A DNA stretch of 64,000 nt from Nitrosopumilaceae archaeon (GTDB taxonomy: Archaea > Thermoproteota > Nitrososphaeria > Nitrososphaerales > Nitrosopumilaceae): the NCBI GenBank assembly GCA_965214835.1, contig CBDCCK010000002.1, positions 1,824,001 to 1,888,000 of the forward strand, written 5' to 3'. A model generated the notes under the pieces. The model saw only the letters and a list, made by a program, of their open reading frames with translations, was not told where the DNA came from and did not search any database. Both the position numbers and the translations under genes were made by a program. Below, piece by piece: positions 53,494 through 64,000 of the stretch. Position 1 is the first letter of the stretch, and every line of letters starts with the position of its first letter.

Positions 53494-53774
53494 CGTACAG
53501 AGCGCATTGCAACGCCACACGATGCCGCACGACATTGTAGTTTTTACCAGCTGGAATGATCCGTAGATATACGATATACGGACTCTGCCGCCCATGTACA
53601 CGTCATGTGATGCCGTCAGCCTTGCATGTGTGGCCGACCACCGTCGGAATGTTTCGATCCGGTCGATTACGCATAAGGTCTACTATTTCAGTCCGGAGAA
53701 GATCCAGGTTTCATGTCCCGAAGATTGCATAGAACCGCGGAATGAAATATTCATATGAAACATGTTTATTATAC

Positions 53775-55825
53775 GTACAACTTCAGGTCCTATTTAAAGC
53801 GCCTAGGGAACTTTTTGCCCGGAACTTTTTGATCCTTCCGCATCCGTTGTGACAGACCCGTTGCATCACTACACATCCTTTGTACATGCCAGGACCGACG
53901 CCATGCAGGCAACACATTGACGAGTGGCATCTGCAGGCAGTCAGGAGCCGTTGCACTCGATGCCGTTGACTGGCAGATTCAGTCGGATCCTTCGATATGA
54001 GGCTACGGGTTACGCCGTCCCGTAGGCGCCAGACGGATCATGATATCATCGGGGCTACGGGTACGACGGCCGTCTGGTTCCGGCGTACCGCCCCCTTGCC
54101 TGCACCCGGCCACACCGGCGGCGGCCCGGGACACTCAAAGACGCTGTATCTTGTACCGTCCGGATCTACAAGCGAGGACAGGCGTGGTGCGTCATCCTTG
54201 GCCCTGGCAAAGATGTCCCACTCCGGATCCCGCAGGTACTCCAGGAGCGCCCTGGCAGGATGTATGCCCTGCTTGCGGCACGTCATCGAAAACGTCGACA
54301 TCACGGAAAATGTCTCCCTTCCCCCGTCGGTCACGATCTTGTGGCGCGCATTGCGCTGTGGTATGATCCCGTCGCGTATGCACCGCTCGGTGTCGTTGTT
54401 GTGCGGCGGCATTCCCGGATGCGCCGCAGACGTAAGCATGTACGGTATGGCGTTTAGCAGGTGCGTGCGCACGCGCTTGTCCACGTATGTGCTGATTATT
54501 TCGTAGGCCTGCCTGGAAAGCTCCATGCATGTAAACGGTGCAAGCGTCCTGATTTCTTTTATCGTCCTGTAAAGTTCAAGCAGCAAATTATACCGTACCT
54601 CATCATCCCCACCCATCCTGACTGCAAGCTGCTCGGCATATGCCAGAAGGTGCCTCCAGCACCTCTGGATTATCTCAAAGTACACCTTGTACTGGGCCAG
54701 CCCGTCGACGACTATTGGAACCCTGGGATCCAGCCATCCAAAGTATGTATGCAGGACATCGGAGGACCGGGACGGTGCAAAGACCACAAAGCACGCCCCC
54801 GTACAGTTGAGCACCCAGACGTACCCCGTGTGCCCGTCGCCGCGCTTAAAGCCGGTCTCGTCCATCTGTATCCACGGCCGGGCAGCAATGAACGACTGTA
54901 TGCGCTGTATCATGTTTTGCTGGAGCGCATTTGCCATTGCGCGCCGCGCACCTGTCACGGTATTTGGGGCCATCCTGAACCCGAACAGGACCCGAAAGTA
55001 CTCTGCAATGTCCTCGTCGGTGTTTCCCTTCTCGGAGAACGTCGTGATTATGGAAAGCGAGAAGGGCCCGAGCGACGTTCCGCCCAGGAACGGGGTGGCC
55101 GCAACTACCTCGCCGTTGCATTTGGGACACACGGCATTCTGGATGATGGCATTGGCAGCACGCATGCGCATGGAGTCGTCCAGGTCGTTTACAAGCTTGT
55201 TGAGCGGCTTGAGCATCCTCAGCTGGACGTCGCACTTTGGGCACGCCTTGGAGTCAAGATCGTACCTCAATGTCCTAGACGGCCGGTTGCAGTGCGATAC
55301 GCCCCGGTGTCCGCACGGGGGGCCGCGCTTTTTGCCCCTGGCCGTGTCACCCGGACTGCCCCCCGGATCCTCGCCCCTTCGCTCCCTGAACTTCTTTCTG
55401 GCGCCATTATATAATGACGGCGTGGATGTGGGCATGTTGGGACTCTCGTACAGGGCAAGCCTTGCCTGAAGCCTGGTGCTCTCCTTTTTGGTGTCGGAGT
55501 TCTCCTTTTTGATGTCGGAGAGTTCCTTTTCCAGCCCGGAGATCTCATCCCGCTCCATGATCATGACAAGTGCCTTTCCAGGATCCGTACAGCGTGCAGG
55601 CGCGGCTTTGGAGTCCATGTGTACACCAAGCAGGCAAGATCAAAAAAGATTCCCGTTGAAATTCTTTGACCCGGATACTAATACTGGCACCCTTTCAGAA
55701 ATTTCATGCCTGCGATGTCTGGTCACAGATGTTTTATGCCCAGCCATGACTGCAAGGACATCTGATCATAAGATGCTGCCCAGGAAATGCCTGCCTGTCA
55801 GTATAAAAAGGACCTGAAGTTGTAC
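53775..55825 (-). mobile_element. IS66 element (GTACAAC ends)
   Basis: TIRs GTACAACTTCAGGTCC / GGACCTGAAGTTGTAC. Confidence 0.92.
54038..55618 (-). CDS. IS66 transposase
   Basis: Intact 526 aa; MDETG, QRCWRH and NNDTER motifs. Confidence 0.92.
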   Translation of the reverse strand: MDSKAAPARCTDPGKALVMIMERDEISGLEKELSDIKKENSDTKKESTRLQARLALYESPNMPTSTPSLYNGARKKFRERRGEDPGGSPGDTARGKKRGPPCGHRGVSHCNRPSRTLRYDLDSKACPKCDVQLRMLKPLNKLVNDLDDSMRMRAANAIIQNAVCPKCNGEVVAATPFLGGTSLGPFSLSIITTFSEKGNTDEDIAEYFRVLFGFRMAPNTVTGARRAMANALQQNMIQRIQSFIAARPWIQMDETGFKRGDGHTGYVWVLNCTGACFVVFAPSRSSDVLHTYFGWLDPRVPIVVDGLAQYKVYFEIIQRCWRHLLAYAEQLAVRMGGDDEVRYNLLLELYRTIKEIRTLAPFTCMELSRQAYEIISTYVDKRVRTHLLNAIPYMLTSAAHPGMPPHNNDTERCIRDGIIPQRNARHKIVTDGGRETFSVMSTFSMTCRKQGIHPARALLEYLRDPEWDIFARAKDDAPRLSSLVDPDGTRYSVFECPGPPPVWPGAGKGAVRRNQTAVVPVAPMIS

Positions 55826-56928
55826 ATTTAAGATAATACTGGAGCGCTTTACAGAGGCAGTCATGGCCGACGGGGACAGGCCCCTGTTCTGGGAGGATGA
55901 CGCAAGCCGCAGTGATGCCGGAAACTGGTGCAAGCTGCACATCAGGCACGCGCTGCTTGCAGAGCTCATGAGCCTGATGACCAGTGCGACGCAGCACCAC
56001 CTGGCCGCAACATTTGACGTCGACCAGTCCACGATATCTAGGTACCTCCAGTACTGTATCATGATACTGCGCAAGATACTACCTACTGCCGAAAAGATGG
56101 CAGACGTCATCCGCAAGACCCCTGCAGACAGGATAGAGGAGCTGATCCCAAAGACAATCCTGGTTGACGGGATCCTGACTCCCGTAGTCAGGTCCGGGGA
56201 CAAGACCGCAAGAAAGACCCGGTACACGGGAAGAAAAGAGGCACATGTACAACACGCTGGTCACCACTAACCTGGACGGCATCGCGCTAGACTGCAGCGA
56301 GACTGCAGACGGCAGCGTCAACGACAAGGGCCTGATGAATGCGGGATGTGGCCCGGACTTGAAGGCACACAAGAGCAATGAAGGCAGAAAACGCAGACGA
56401 TCCTGAAAGTGCGTTTACAGTTTACAGCGACCTGGCCTTTGAGGGCATCCAAAAGATGCTTCCGGGCGCCATACACAGGCAGCCTCCCAAGAAGCCCAGA
56501 GACGGGGAGCTTGCCGCGACGCAGAAGAGGCGCCGCAAGCAGATCAGCAGGGTCCGCGTCAAGGTGGAGCACCACATAGGGAAGTTCAAGAAATATGCCA
56601 TCCTGACCACGCCGTTTGGCGGAACCGCCAGGGATCTAAACTATTTCATGCAGGTAATTACGGGTCTTGAGAACCTCAAAACGGTATTGAAAATGAAAAA
56701 GTATCGCCATCTGCTTAACATATGACGTGCGGCGGTACGGGCCGCCTTTCTTATGACTTGACAACAGGGCACATCACCGTGCTATATCGTTGCACACGTC
56801 TTTTTGGCACGGGCCAATTCTTGCGCGCGTCATGACATATTTGTATGCGATAACTTGATCTGATCAACACATCAACTCTTGGAAAATCCTGCGGAACTTT
56901 TAGTCACGATCGATTACGCATAAAGTCT
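55826..56928 (+). mobile_element. 5'-truncated IS5 element (paralog of 47058-48531)
   Basis: Aligns to 47058-48165; right TIR intact. Confidence 0.88.
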
Positions 56929-56966
56929 AATAGACTTAAAAAGGATTCACACGTACATTCAATAAT

Positions 56967-57665
56967 TTGTCTTCTGATAGGGGCAAGCCCCAACCAATAG
57001 AATCTCAGTTAATGACAATAAGCGGTCCTTCAAGAATTTTCACTGTAATTCCACTTGATGATGATTTTACGACAATTCAATTTGATGGCGATATGACAAA
57101 CTGGTTTAAGAACAATGAACCAAGAAGTATTGAAAAACCTTCAATTAGATTAGCTCAAAATGCAATTCGTTATTTCTGTGATGATGGTGAGCTCAAACCC
57201 AATGGCATAGTTAGCAATCTGGCCCACATCTCCTTTGTGGCGAGCATATGCCCTGAGTCAGTATTTGTGAAGAATAACTTGGACTGCCATTCAAAAAGAA
57301 GGATGATGGCTATCGAGGTAGAATCCTTATTCCTAGCTGGCATGATAAAATACATCAGATCTGTATTTGATAAAATTGGATATAGTGGAAAGATAAATGT
57401 TGAGTATTCTTATCACAATGTTCAAGACTATAATTTTATTTCTAACAATTCTCTGAATCCAGGTTCTATGAGGACCCGCACTATTCAAACATCAGACTTT
57501 ACAATTAAACGTAAAATATCCCTGCCTTCACTAAACGAACAATCACTGATCACTTCAATTTTACAAGAAATAACTACTAAATGTGCTCGGCCTGAAGAAC
57601 AGGTCTATTTTAACAATTATGTGAGGACGGCAATAGACAGCGTAATGGAGATTGAAAATCTTTGA
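56967..57665 (+). CDS. AT-rich hypothetical ORF, probably truncated at both ends
   Basis: TTG start next to the IS end; stop codon lies inside MITE 57643-57731. Confidence 0.55.
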   Translation: MSSDRGKPQPIESQLMTISGPSRIFTVIPLDDDFTTIQFDGDMTNWFKNNEPRSIEKPSIRLAQNAIRYFCDDGELKPNGIVSNLAHISFVASICPESVFVKNNLDCHSKRRMMAIEVESLFLAGMIKYIRSVFDKIGYSGKINVEYSYHNVQDYNFISNNSLNPGSMRTRTIQTSDFTIKRKISLPSLNEQSLITSILQEITTKCARPEEQVYFNNYVRTAIDSVMEIENL

Positions 57666-57731
57666 TCACCAAAAAATCCCTTCTTGCGTAGTTCATACTC
57701 ACACGAGCTCAAGAACTCTTAATCGTCACTA
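57643..57731. mobile_element. 89-bp IS630-derived MITE
   Basis: Inverted, diverged copy of 36226-36314. Confidence 0.8.
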
Positions 57732-57809
57732 TGGGTTCCTCAATAGTAGACGAAAATGTGCCCCATCCCCAACCCCCTGCAGGCAGCATAAAAGAATCCC
57801 GTCCGAAGA

Positions 57810-58383
57810 GGGGTTGTCCAAAAAATTTCCGCAAAATGACCGCCAAGATTATAGATCATGGGCACACGGCACCGAAAACGATCTTGATCAGCCGGGCCCG
57901 GACATCATGATGAGCAACGACATGAAGAACACGGACTACTGCCGGCCCTGCGAGCAGAAGCGCAGGTAGGAGAGCAGGATGGCCACGCACCTGGATGCAA
58001 ACCCGGACGATCTCAAGCGGTGCGGCCTGAGATCGTCCGGGTTTGCATCCAGGTGCGTGGCCATGGTCCTGTAGGACAGGCGATTCTCGATCCTGAGGAT
58101 CGCAATGCGTATGGCAGACCACGCAAGTCGGGCGTCGATTCCCGTCTCGGCCGCCATCTTCCCGGCCGTCCTGCGTACGATCTTTCTCAGATTCTTCATC
58201 ATCCTCTTCTTGCGGGAGCTCTCCTGCCTGCGCTTTTGCTCGTAGAGGCGGTTGTAGTCTGTGTTCTTTCTGTCGTTGCTCATTGGAATATCCAGGATCG
58301 GCTGATCAAGATCGCTTTCGGTGCCGTGCGCCCATGATCCATAAGCCTAGCAGTCATTTTGCGGAAATTTTTTGGACAACCCC
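57810..58383. mobile_element. Fold-back element made of two inverted left ends of the ISH1-like IS5
   Basis: GGGGTTGTCCAAAAAATTTCCGCAAAATGAC at both ends; MSND.KNTDY N-terminus on both strands. Confidence 0.8.
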
Positions 58384-58684
58384 TGCAAATCCGCTATTTT
58401 TAATAATCTGACTCGATTTAACCATGATATCAGAATGAACGTCTTATGCGTCTCCATGCGGCAGGGCATCCATGCCAGAGCCTTGGTGATCATTGGGGGG
58501 GGGGGTTCCCGACGGCGGGGCAGGGATCGAGGCGGAACGGCTCGGGTCTTGGCGGCTGTGATGGATTTGTATGCGGTCATGACCCTGGCGGCACAGGGGC
58601 CTGTCCGTACGGAATCTGTACCCGTACGGCATGCGGCCGGACATTCTTGCTGGATGCAGGCAACTACGGACGGTACGGCGGGGG

Positions 58685-61600
58685 ATGCATATGCACATGA
58701 GGCACCGCGCCCGTACTGAATCCGTGGCATGCGGCCTGCCGCATCTGCGGCACACGCCATGCCGGGCCTCTGCAGGGCCCCTCCTCCCGTACCTGGTGCT
58801 CATCGCAGCTGCCGTCTCATGCTTGGCCGTCGCTGGTGGCCTGCAGGAGGCATATGCACAGAGCTCGGTCGAGGTGTCCCCGGTTGGGGATTTGGAAAAC
58901 AATAACTCCAGGCTGCTTGACGGCGCCACCGGCGTGGACGTCTTTACGATAGGCGACAGGACCTACGCCGTAGTGGCCGCCCGCGACGACGACGGCATCC
59001 AGATTGTAGATATCACCAACCCTGCCAGTCCGACTGCCGCCGGGAATCTGGGTGATGATAACTCCAGGCTGCTTGACGGCGCCCACGGCGTGGCCGTCTT
59101 TACGATAGGCGACAGGACCTACGCCGTAGTGGCCGCCCGCTTCAGCGACGGCATCCAGATTGTAGATATCACCAACCCTGCCAGTCCGGCTGCCGCCGGG
59201 AATCTGGCAGACACTGAGGGCGACAACGAGCTGCTGCTTGACGGCGCCCGCGGCGTGGACACCTTCACGATAGGCGGCAAGACCTATGCCGCAGTGGCCT
59301 CCTTCATCGACGACGGCATCCAGATTGTAGACGTCTCCAACCCTGCCAGTCCGGCTGCCGCCGGGAATCTGGGGAATACCGGCTCCCTGGAGCTTGACGG
59401 CGCCACCGGCGTGGACGTCTTTACGAAAGGCGGCAAGACCTATGCTGCAGTGGCCTCATGGCTTGATGACGGCATCCAGATTGTAGATGTCTCCAACCCT
59501 GCCAGTCCGACTGCCGCCGGGAATCTGGGAGACCGGGGTATCCGGGAGCTTGACGGCGCCATCGGCGTGGCCGCCTTCCAGAGGGGCAGCAAGGCATTTC
59601 TGGCAGTCGCCTCCGTTGATGACGACGGCCTTGAGATTGTAGACGTCACCAGTCCTCACGGTCCGACTGCCGCCGGAAGGCTGGATGATGATGGTTCCCG
59701 CCTGCTTGACGGCGCCTACGGCGTGGACGTCTTTACGATAGGCAGCAGGACCTATGCTGCAGCGGCCTCCTCCGTCGACGACGGCATCCAGATCATACAC
59801 GTCTCCGATCCTACCGCTGCCCACACCGTTGGCAAGCTGGGAGATAATAACTCCCTGGAGCTTGACGGCGCCACCGACGTGGACGTCTTCACGATAGGCG
59901 GCGGCACCTACGCGGCAGTAGTGTCCCAAAACGACGACGGCCTCCAGATGGTAATTATCGGCAAGCAGGGAGCTCCGGAGTTTGCATCGGCTACACTAGA
60001 CGACAACACGGGCACCATGACGATCACCTTCAGCGAGGTCATAGACGTCTCGGATACGGACCTCTCAAAGATATACGTCAGTGATGCAGGCCAGACCAAC
60101 GGGGTGTCTATGAGCGGGGCCACCTTTGATGATGCGGTGCCGGACTCGGAGACGATATCGATTACCCTTACACGGGCACAGCTGGACGGCATAGCCGCAA
60201 TGAGGGTCCCGCAGCTTGACATCGCGGCGGGAGCGGTGGAGGATCATGCCGGACATCACATAGGCACCGCACGCGACAAAACAGTCACGACGGCCAGCCC
60301 GGACAGCCCGATCCCCGCCGGAAGGCTGCCTGATGGTGCGGGGTTGTATCTTGAAAAGTCACGCGGCGTGGATACCTTTACAATAGGAAGCAACGCCTAC
60401 GCCGTCGCCGTCTCCAGCACCGAGGACGGCCTCCAGATCGTGGATATCACCAATCCCGCCCGCCTGACTCCCGCCGGAAATATGAGGGATGCACACAACA
60501 GCCTGCTTGACGGCGCCCGCGCCGTGGACACCTTCACGAAAGGCAGCAAGACCTACGCCACAGTGGCCTCGCATGCCGAGGACGGCATCCAGATTGTCGA
60601 CGTCTCCAATCCGGCCAGCCCGAAGCCCACCGGCAATATGGGCGTTTATGCCTCTTCCCGCCTGCTTGACGGCGCCAACGGCGTGAGCAACTTTAAGATC
60701 GACGGCGGCACCTACGCGGCAGTCACCTCCCAGTACGACGGCGGCCTCCAGATCATAGATGTCACCAAGCCCAACAATCCGGCAGAGTCCGGGAGGCTGG
60801 AGGATAGCACCTCGCGGCTGCTTGAGGATACCTCCTCTGTGGACACCTTCAGGAGGGGCGGCTCCACATATGCAGTAGTGGCCTCGTGGGGGGATGACGG
60901 CCTTGAGATCATAGACGTCAGCAACCCGTCCAGTCCTGCAGAGACGGGACGGCTGGCAGACGACAATGACGTGCTGCTCAGGGGAATCCGCGCCGTGGAT
61001 GCATTCGAGGCGGGAGGCTCTGCATACGTGGCAGTGGCGTCACATCCTGAAAACGGCCTCCAGATCGTGGACGTCTCGGATCCCGCCAGTCCGTCACCTG
61101 CCGGAAAGCTGGCAGACGGCGGCGACCGGCTGCTTGGCGGGGCCAGCGGCGTGGAGATATTCGTGGTGGACCAGGCAATCTACGCCGCAGTGGCCTCCCA
61201 GTCTGACGACGGCCTCCAGATCGTGGACGTCTCGGATCCGGACAATCCCGCAGAGGCCGGATCCCTGAGGGACGGCCCGGGACTCTCGCTTGACGCGGCC
61301 CGAGATCTGTCCGTGTTCACCCGCAACGGGGATACGTACGCCGTGGTGGCCTCTGACACGGAGGGCCTCCAGACAGTAAAGCTTGCAGAGGCCCCCAACA
61401 GCCCGCCGGTGGCGCCTGACGAGACGGCTTCCACTGCAGAGGACACGCCTGTAACCATAACGCCTGCCATATCGGATCCCGACACATCGGACACCCCGGT
61501 GATATCAGCAGTGGTGGATCCGCCCAACGGGACTGCAACCCATGACGATGATACGATAACCTACACGCCAGATCAGGACTATGAGGGTACGGACACGTTC

Positions 61601-64000
61601 GAATATACCGTAAGTGACGGCACCGGCACCACACAGGGCACGGTAACGGTAACAGTCACGCGCGACAACAACGATCCCGTTCTGGGTACCATAGGAGACC
61701 AGACGGCTACTCCGGATGTTCAATTAACCATAACGCCGACTGTAACTGACGCCGATCCTACCGATACGCACACGTATTCCATAACGCGCGGCACGCTGCC
61801 GGCAGCCGCCGCATTCACTGCATCTGACGGCACCCTCGTCTGGACGCCCGTATCGGCTGATGCCGGGCAGACTCACGAGGTTACAATAACGGTAAATGAT
61901 GGCCGCAGCGGTACCGACTCGGAGACATTTGACATAGTTGTGCCCGCCGCAATCACGCTCACCCCGGTCGGGAGTCTGGACGACAGCCCGCAACTGCTAC
62001 TTCACGGCGCCTTTGGCGTGGACGTATTCACGATAGGCAGCAACACCTACGCGGTCGTCGCCTCCGAATACGATGACGGCATCCAGCTAGTTGACATCAC
62101 CAACCCTGCCAGTCCTGCAGCCGCCGGCAGTCTGAACGATACGGGTTCCACGGTGCTTGACGGCCCCCAGGGCGTGGACGTCTTTACGATAGGCAGCAAC
62201 ACCTATGCGGCAGTGGCCTCCTTCGTCGATGGCGGCATCCAGATCATAGACATCACCAACCCTGCCAGTCCTGCAGCCGCCGGCAATCTGACCGATACGG
62301 GTTCCAGTGTGCTTGACGGCGCCCGCGATGTGGACGTCTTTACGATAGGCAGCAACACCTACGCGGCCGTCGTCTCCCTCGACGAAGACGGCATCCAGCT
62401 AGTGGACATCACCAATCCTGCCAGTCCTGCAGCCGCCGGCAGCCTGGACGATACGGGTTCCACGGTGCTTGGCGGCGCCCGCGGTGTGGATGTATTCACG
62501 ATAGGCAGCAACACCTATGCGGCAGTGGCCGCCGAATACGAAGACGGCATACAACTAGTGGATGTCACCAACCCTGCCAGTCCTGTAGCCGCCGGCAGCC
62601 TGAAAGAAGGTCAAGGTGGCTCTCAGGACCTTGACGGTTCATATGCTGTGGACACCTTCACGATAGGCAGCAACACCTACGCAGCAGTGGTTGGCGAAGC
62701 AGATAACGGCCTCCAGATTGTAGACATCACCAATCCTGCCAGTCTCACGGCCACGGGAAGTATAGGGGATACCGGCACCACGCGGCTTAAAAGTCCACGC
62801 GGCGTGGATGTATTCACGATAGACAGCAGTACTTATGCAATCGTTGCATCCGCCCATAACAACGGCATCCAGCTAGTTGACATCACCAATCCTGCCAGTC
62901 CTATCCAAGCCGGGAATCTGGGGGATACGGGCTCCTTGGAGCTCCTCAGTCCACGCGGCGTGGCCGTCTTTACAATTGGACAAGACGTCTACGCGGCAGT
63001 TGCCGCCTTTGGCGACCACGGCCTCCAGCTGGTGAGGCTGGGCGGGGAGGCAGAGACGCCCAACAGTCTGCCGGTGGCACCTGACGAGACGGCAACCACC
63101 GCAGAGGATACGCCCATTACCATAACGCCTACAATATCGGATCCGGACACATCGGATACCCCGATGATATCGGCAGTAGAGAACCCGCCAAACGGGTCTG
63201 TTATACATGATGATACCACCATAACTTATACGCCTGATCAGGGCTATACGGGCACCGATACGTTCGGATATACGGTAACTGATGGCACCGACTCTGTACA
63301 AGGCACGGTAACGGTAACCGTCACACGCGACAACAACACCTCAAAGGCAATATCTGACCTGCTAAGCATCTACCACGCAAGGCCAGACCTGCAGGCAGCA
63401 TACCCGGAGGCCGGCTCCGGCGACGATATGACGAGACTACTCAGATGGGCATGGCAGTACGGAATTGTTGACTATCCTGCAGACCCCAACGGCCCACACG
63501 CAGTCCTGGGTCCGCACGCGCACACCTATGCACTGCTCTCCATATACGACGCAAGGCCCGACCTGCAGGCAGCATACCCGGAGGTCGTGGCAGGCGATCG
63601 TGACGCACTGACTGTCTGGGCGCGCGACTGGGGAATCAACGACTATCCGGATGATCCCGTGGGTCCTGCCGCAGTCCTGGGTCCGCACGCGCACACCTAT
63701 GCACTGCTCTCCATATACGACGCAAGGCCCGACCTGCAGGCAGCATACCCGGAGGTCGTGGCAGGCGATCGTGACGCACTGACTGTCTGGGCGCGCGACT
63801 GGGGAATCAACGACTATCCGGATGATCCCGTGGGTCCTGCCGCAGTCCTGGGTCCGCACGCGCACACCTATGCACTGCTCTCCATATACGACGCAAGGCC
63901 CGACCTGCAGGCAGCATACCCGGAGGTCGTGGCAGGCGATCGTGACGCACTGACTGTCTGGGCGCGCGACTGGGGAATCAACGACTATCCGGATGATCCC
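58685..64000 (+). CDS. Giant secreted/surface protein (>1770 aa, runs off window): three 7-repeat LVIVD propellers, Ig/cadherin-like domains, 57-aa tandem repeats
   Basis: Frame open wherever translated; signal-like LLPYLVLIAAAV..EAYAQ; repeats DGIQIVDITNPASP; TAEDTPVTI and YTPDQDYEGTDTFEYTVSDG. Start could be 58631-58697. Confidence 0.9.
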   Translation, partial: MHMHMRHRARTESVACGLPHLRHTPCRASAGPLLPYLVLIAAAVSCLAVAGGLQEAYAQSSVEVSPVGDLENNNSRLLDGATGVDVFTIGDRTYAVVAARDDDGIQIVDITNPASPTAAGNLGDDNSRLLDGAHGVAVFTIGDRTYAVVAARFSDGIQIVDITNPASPAAAGNLADTEGDNELLLDGARGVDTFTIGGKTYAAVASFIDDGIQIVDVSNPASPAAAGNLGNTGSLELDGATGVDVFTKGGKTYAAVASWLDDGIQIVDVSNPASPTAAGNLGDRGIRELDGAIGVAAFQRGSKAFLAVASVDDDGLEIVDVTSPHGPTAAGRLDDDGSRLLDGAYGVDVFTIGSRTYAAAASSVDDGIQIIHVSDPTAAHTVGKLGDNNSLELDGATDVDVFTIGGGTYAAVVSQNDDGLQMVIIGKQGAPEFASATLDDNTGTMTITFSEVIDVSDTDLSKIYVSDAGQTNGVSMSGATFDDAVPDSETISITLTRAQLDGIAAMRVPQLDIAAGAVEDHAGHHIGTARDKTVTTASPDSPIPAGRLPDGAGLYLEKSRGVDTFTIGSNAYAVAVSSTEDGLQIVDITNPARLTPAGNMRDAHNSLLDGARAVDTFTKGSKTYATVASHAEDGIQIVDVSNPASPKPTGNMGVYASSRLLDGANGVSNFKIDGGTYAAVTSQYDGGLQIIDVTKPNNPAESGRLEDSTSRLLEDTSSVDTFRRGGSTYAVVASWGDDGLEIIDVSNPSSPAETGRLADDNDVLLRGIRAVDAFEAGGSAYVAVASHPENGLQIVDVSDPASPSPAGKLADGGDRLLGGASGVEIFVVDQAIYAAVASQSDDGLQIVDVSDPDNPAEAGSLRDGPGLSLDAARDLSVFTRNGDTYAVVASDTEGLQTVKLAEAPNSPPVAPDETASTAEDTPVTITPAISDPDTSDTPVISAVVDPPNGTATHDDDTITYTPDQDYEGTDTFEYTVSDGTGTTQGTVTVTVTRDNNDPVLGTIGDQTATPDVQLTITPTVTDADPTDTHTYSITRGTLPAAAAFTASDGTLVWTPVSADAGQTHEVTITVNDGRSGTDSETFDIVVPAAITLTPVGSLDDSPQLLLHGAFGVDVFTIGSNTYAVVASEYDDGIQLVDITNPASPAAAGSLNDTGSTVLDGPQGVDVFTIGSNTYAAVASFVDGGIQIIDITNPASPAAAGNLTDTGSSVLDGARDVDVFTIGSNTYAAVVSLDEDGIQLVDITNPASPAAAGSLDDTGSTVLGGARGVDVFTIGSNTYAAVAAEYEDGIQLVDVTNPASPVAAGSLKEGQGGSQDLDGSYAVDTFTIGSNTYAAVVGEADNGLQIVDITNPASLTATGSIGDTGTTRLKSPRGVDVFTIDSSTYAIVASAHNNGIQLVDITNPASPIQAGNLGDTGSLELLSPRGVAVFTIGQDVYAAVAAFGDHGLQLVRLGGEAETPNSLPVAPDETATTAEDTPITITPTISDPDTSDTPMISAVENPPNGSVIHDDTTITYTPDQGYTGTDTFGYTVTDGTDSVQGTVTVTVTRDNNTSKAISDLLSIYHARPDLQAAYPEAGSGDDMTRLLRWAWQYGIVDYPADPNGPHAVLGPHAHTYALLSIYDARPDLQAAYPEVVAGDRDALTVWARDWGINDYPDDPVGPAAVLGPHAHTYALLSIYDARPDLQAAYPEVVAGDRDALTVWARDWGINDYPDDPVGPAAVLGPHAHTYALLSIYDARPDLQAAYPEVVAGDRDALTVWARDWGINDYPDDP
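63500..64000 (+). repeat. Perfect 171-bp (57-aa) tandem repeats
   Basis: Units start at 63500, 63671 and 63842; diverged unit at ~63330-63499. Confidence 0.95.

Noticed and set aside
58870-63040. Diversity-generating retroelement acting on propeller repeats or GT-C paralogs
   Set aside because: No reverse transcriptase in the window, and no non-coding template repeat with adenine-specific differences was seen.
1-64000. CRISPR array or cas genes
   Set aside because: No regularly spaced repeat-spacer pattern and no Cas motifs seen.

Overview
Archaeal DNA, most consistent with a high-GC Nitrososphaerota/Nitrosopumilaceae genome, possibly host- or sponge-associated. This is an inference from the archaeal AspRS plus NusA-like KH gene pair, a thaumarchaeal-type Zn-finger protein, a cupredoxin-like protein and a giant LVIVD surface protein. 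The window is heavily invaded by IS elements (IS66, IS5, IS630, IS110, ISH3, IS481 and IS3 remnants) and at least 7 families of ~80-140 bp MITEs, several nested. Between them lie: a few core genes (aspS, NusA-like, acyl-CoA thioesterase); a surface-glycan locus (epimerase, sulfotransferase, GT2, GT4s, two full and one broken GT-C+LamG paralogs); AT-rich defence-type cassettes (HicBA-like, a 3-gene PIN/Zn-ribbon operon, DprA+PRTase, a type III restriction remnant, a twice-occurring unknown two-gene module); and the 5' 5.3 kb of a giant beta-propeller surface protein missing from the ORF track. The most striking observation is a non-canonical tRNA gene present twice (8-95 and 2707-2801). It has an Ile (GAU) anticodon on a class II body with a 9-bp variable arm and a G73 discriminator, making it a candidate mis-acylated (allo-tRNA-like) tRNA or tRNA mimic. 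Family calls come from motif recognition by eye; no database searches were run. Several single-base frameshifts sit in homopolymers and may be assembly errors.
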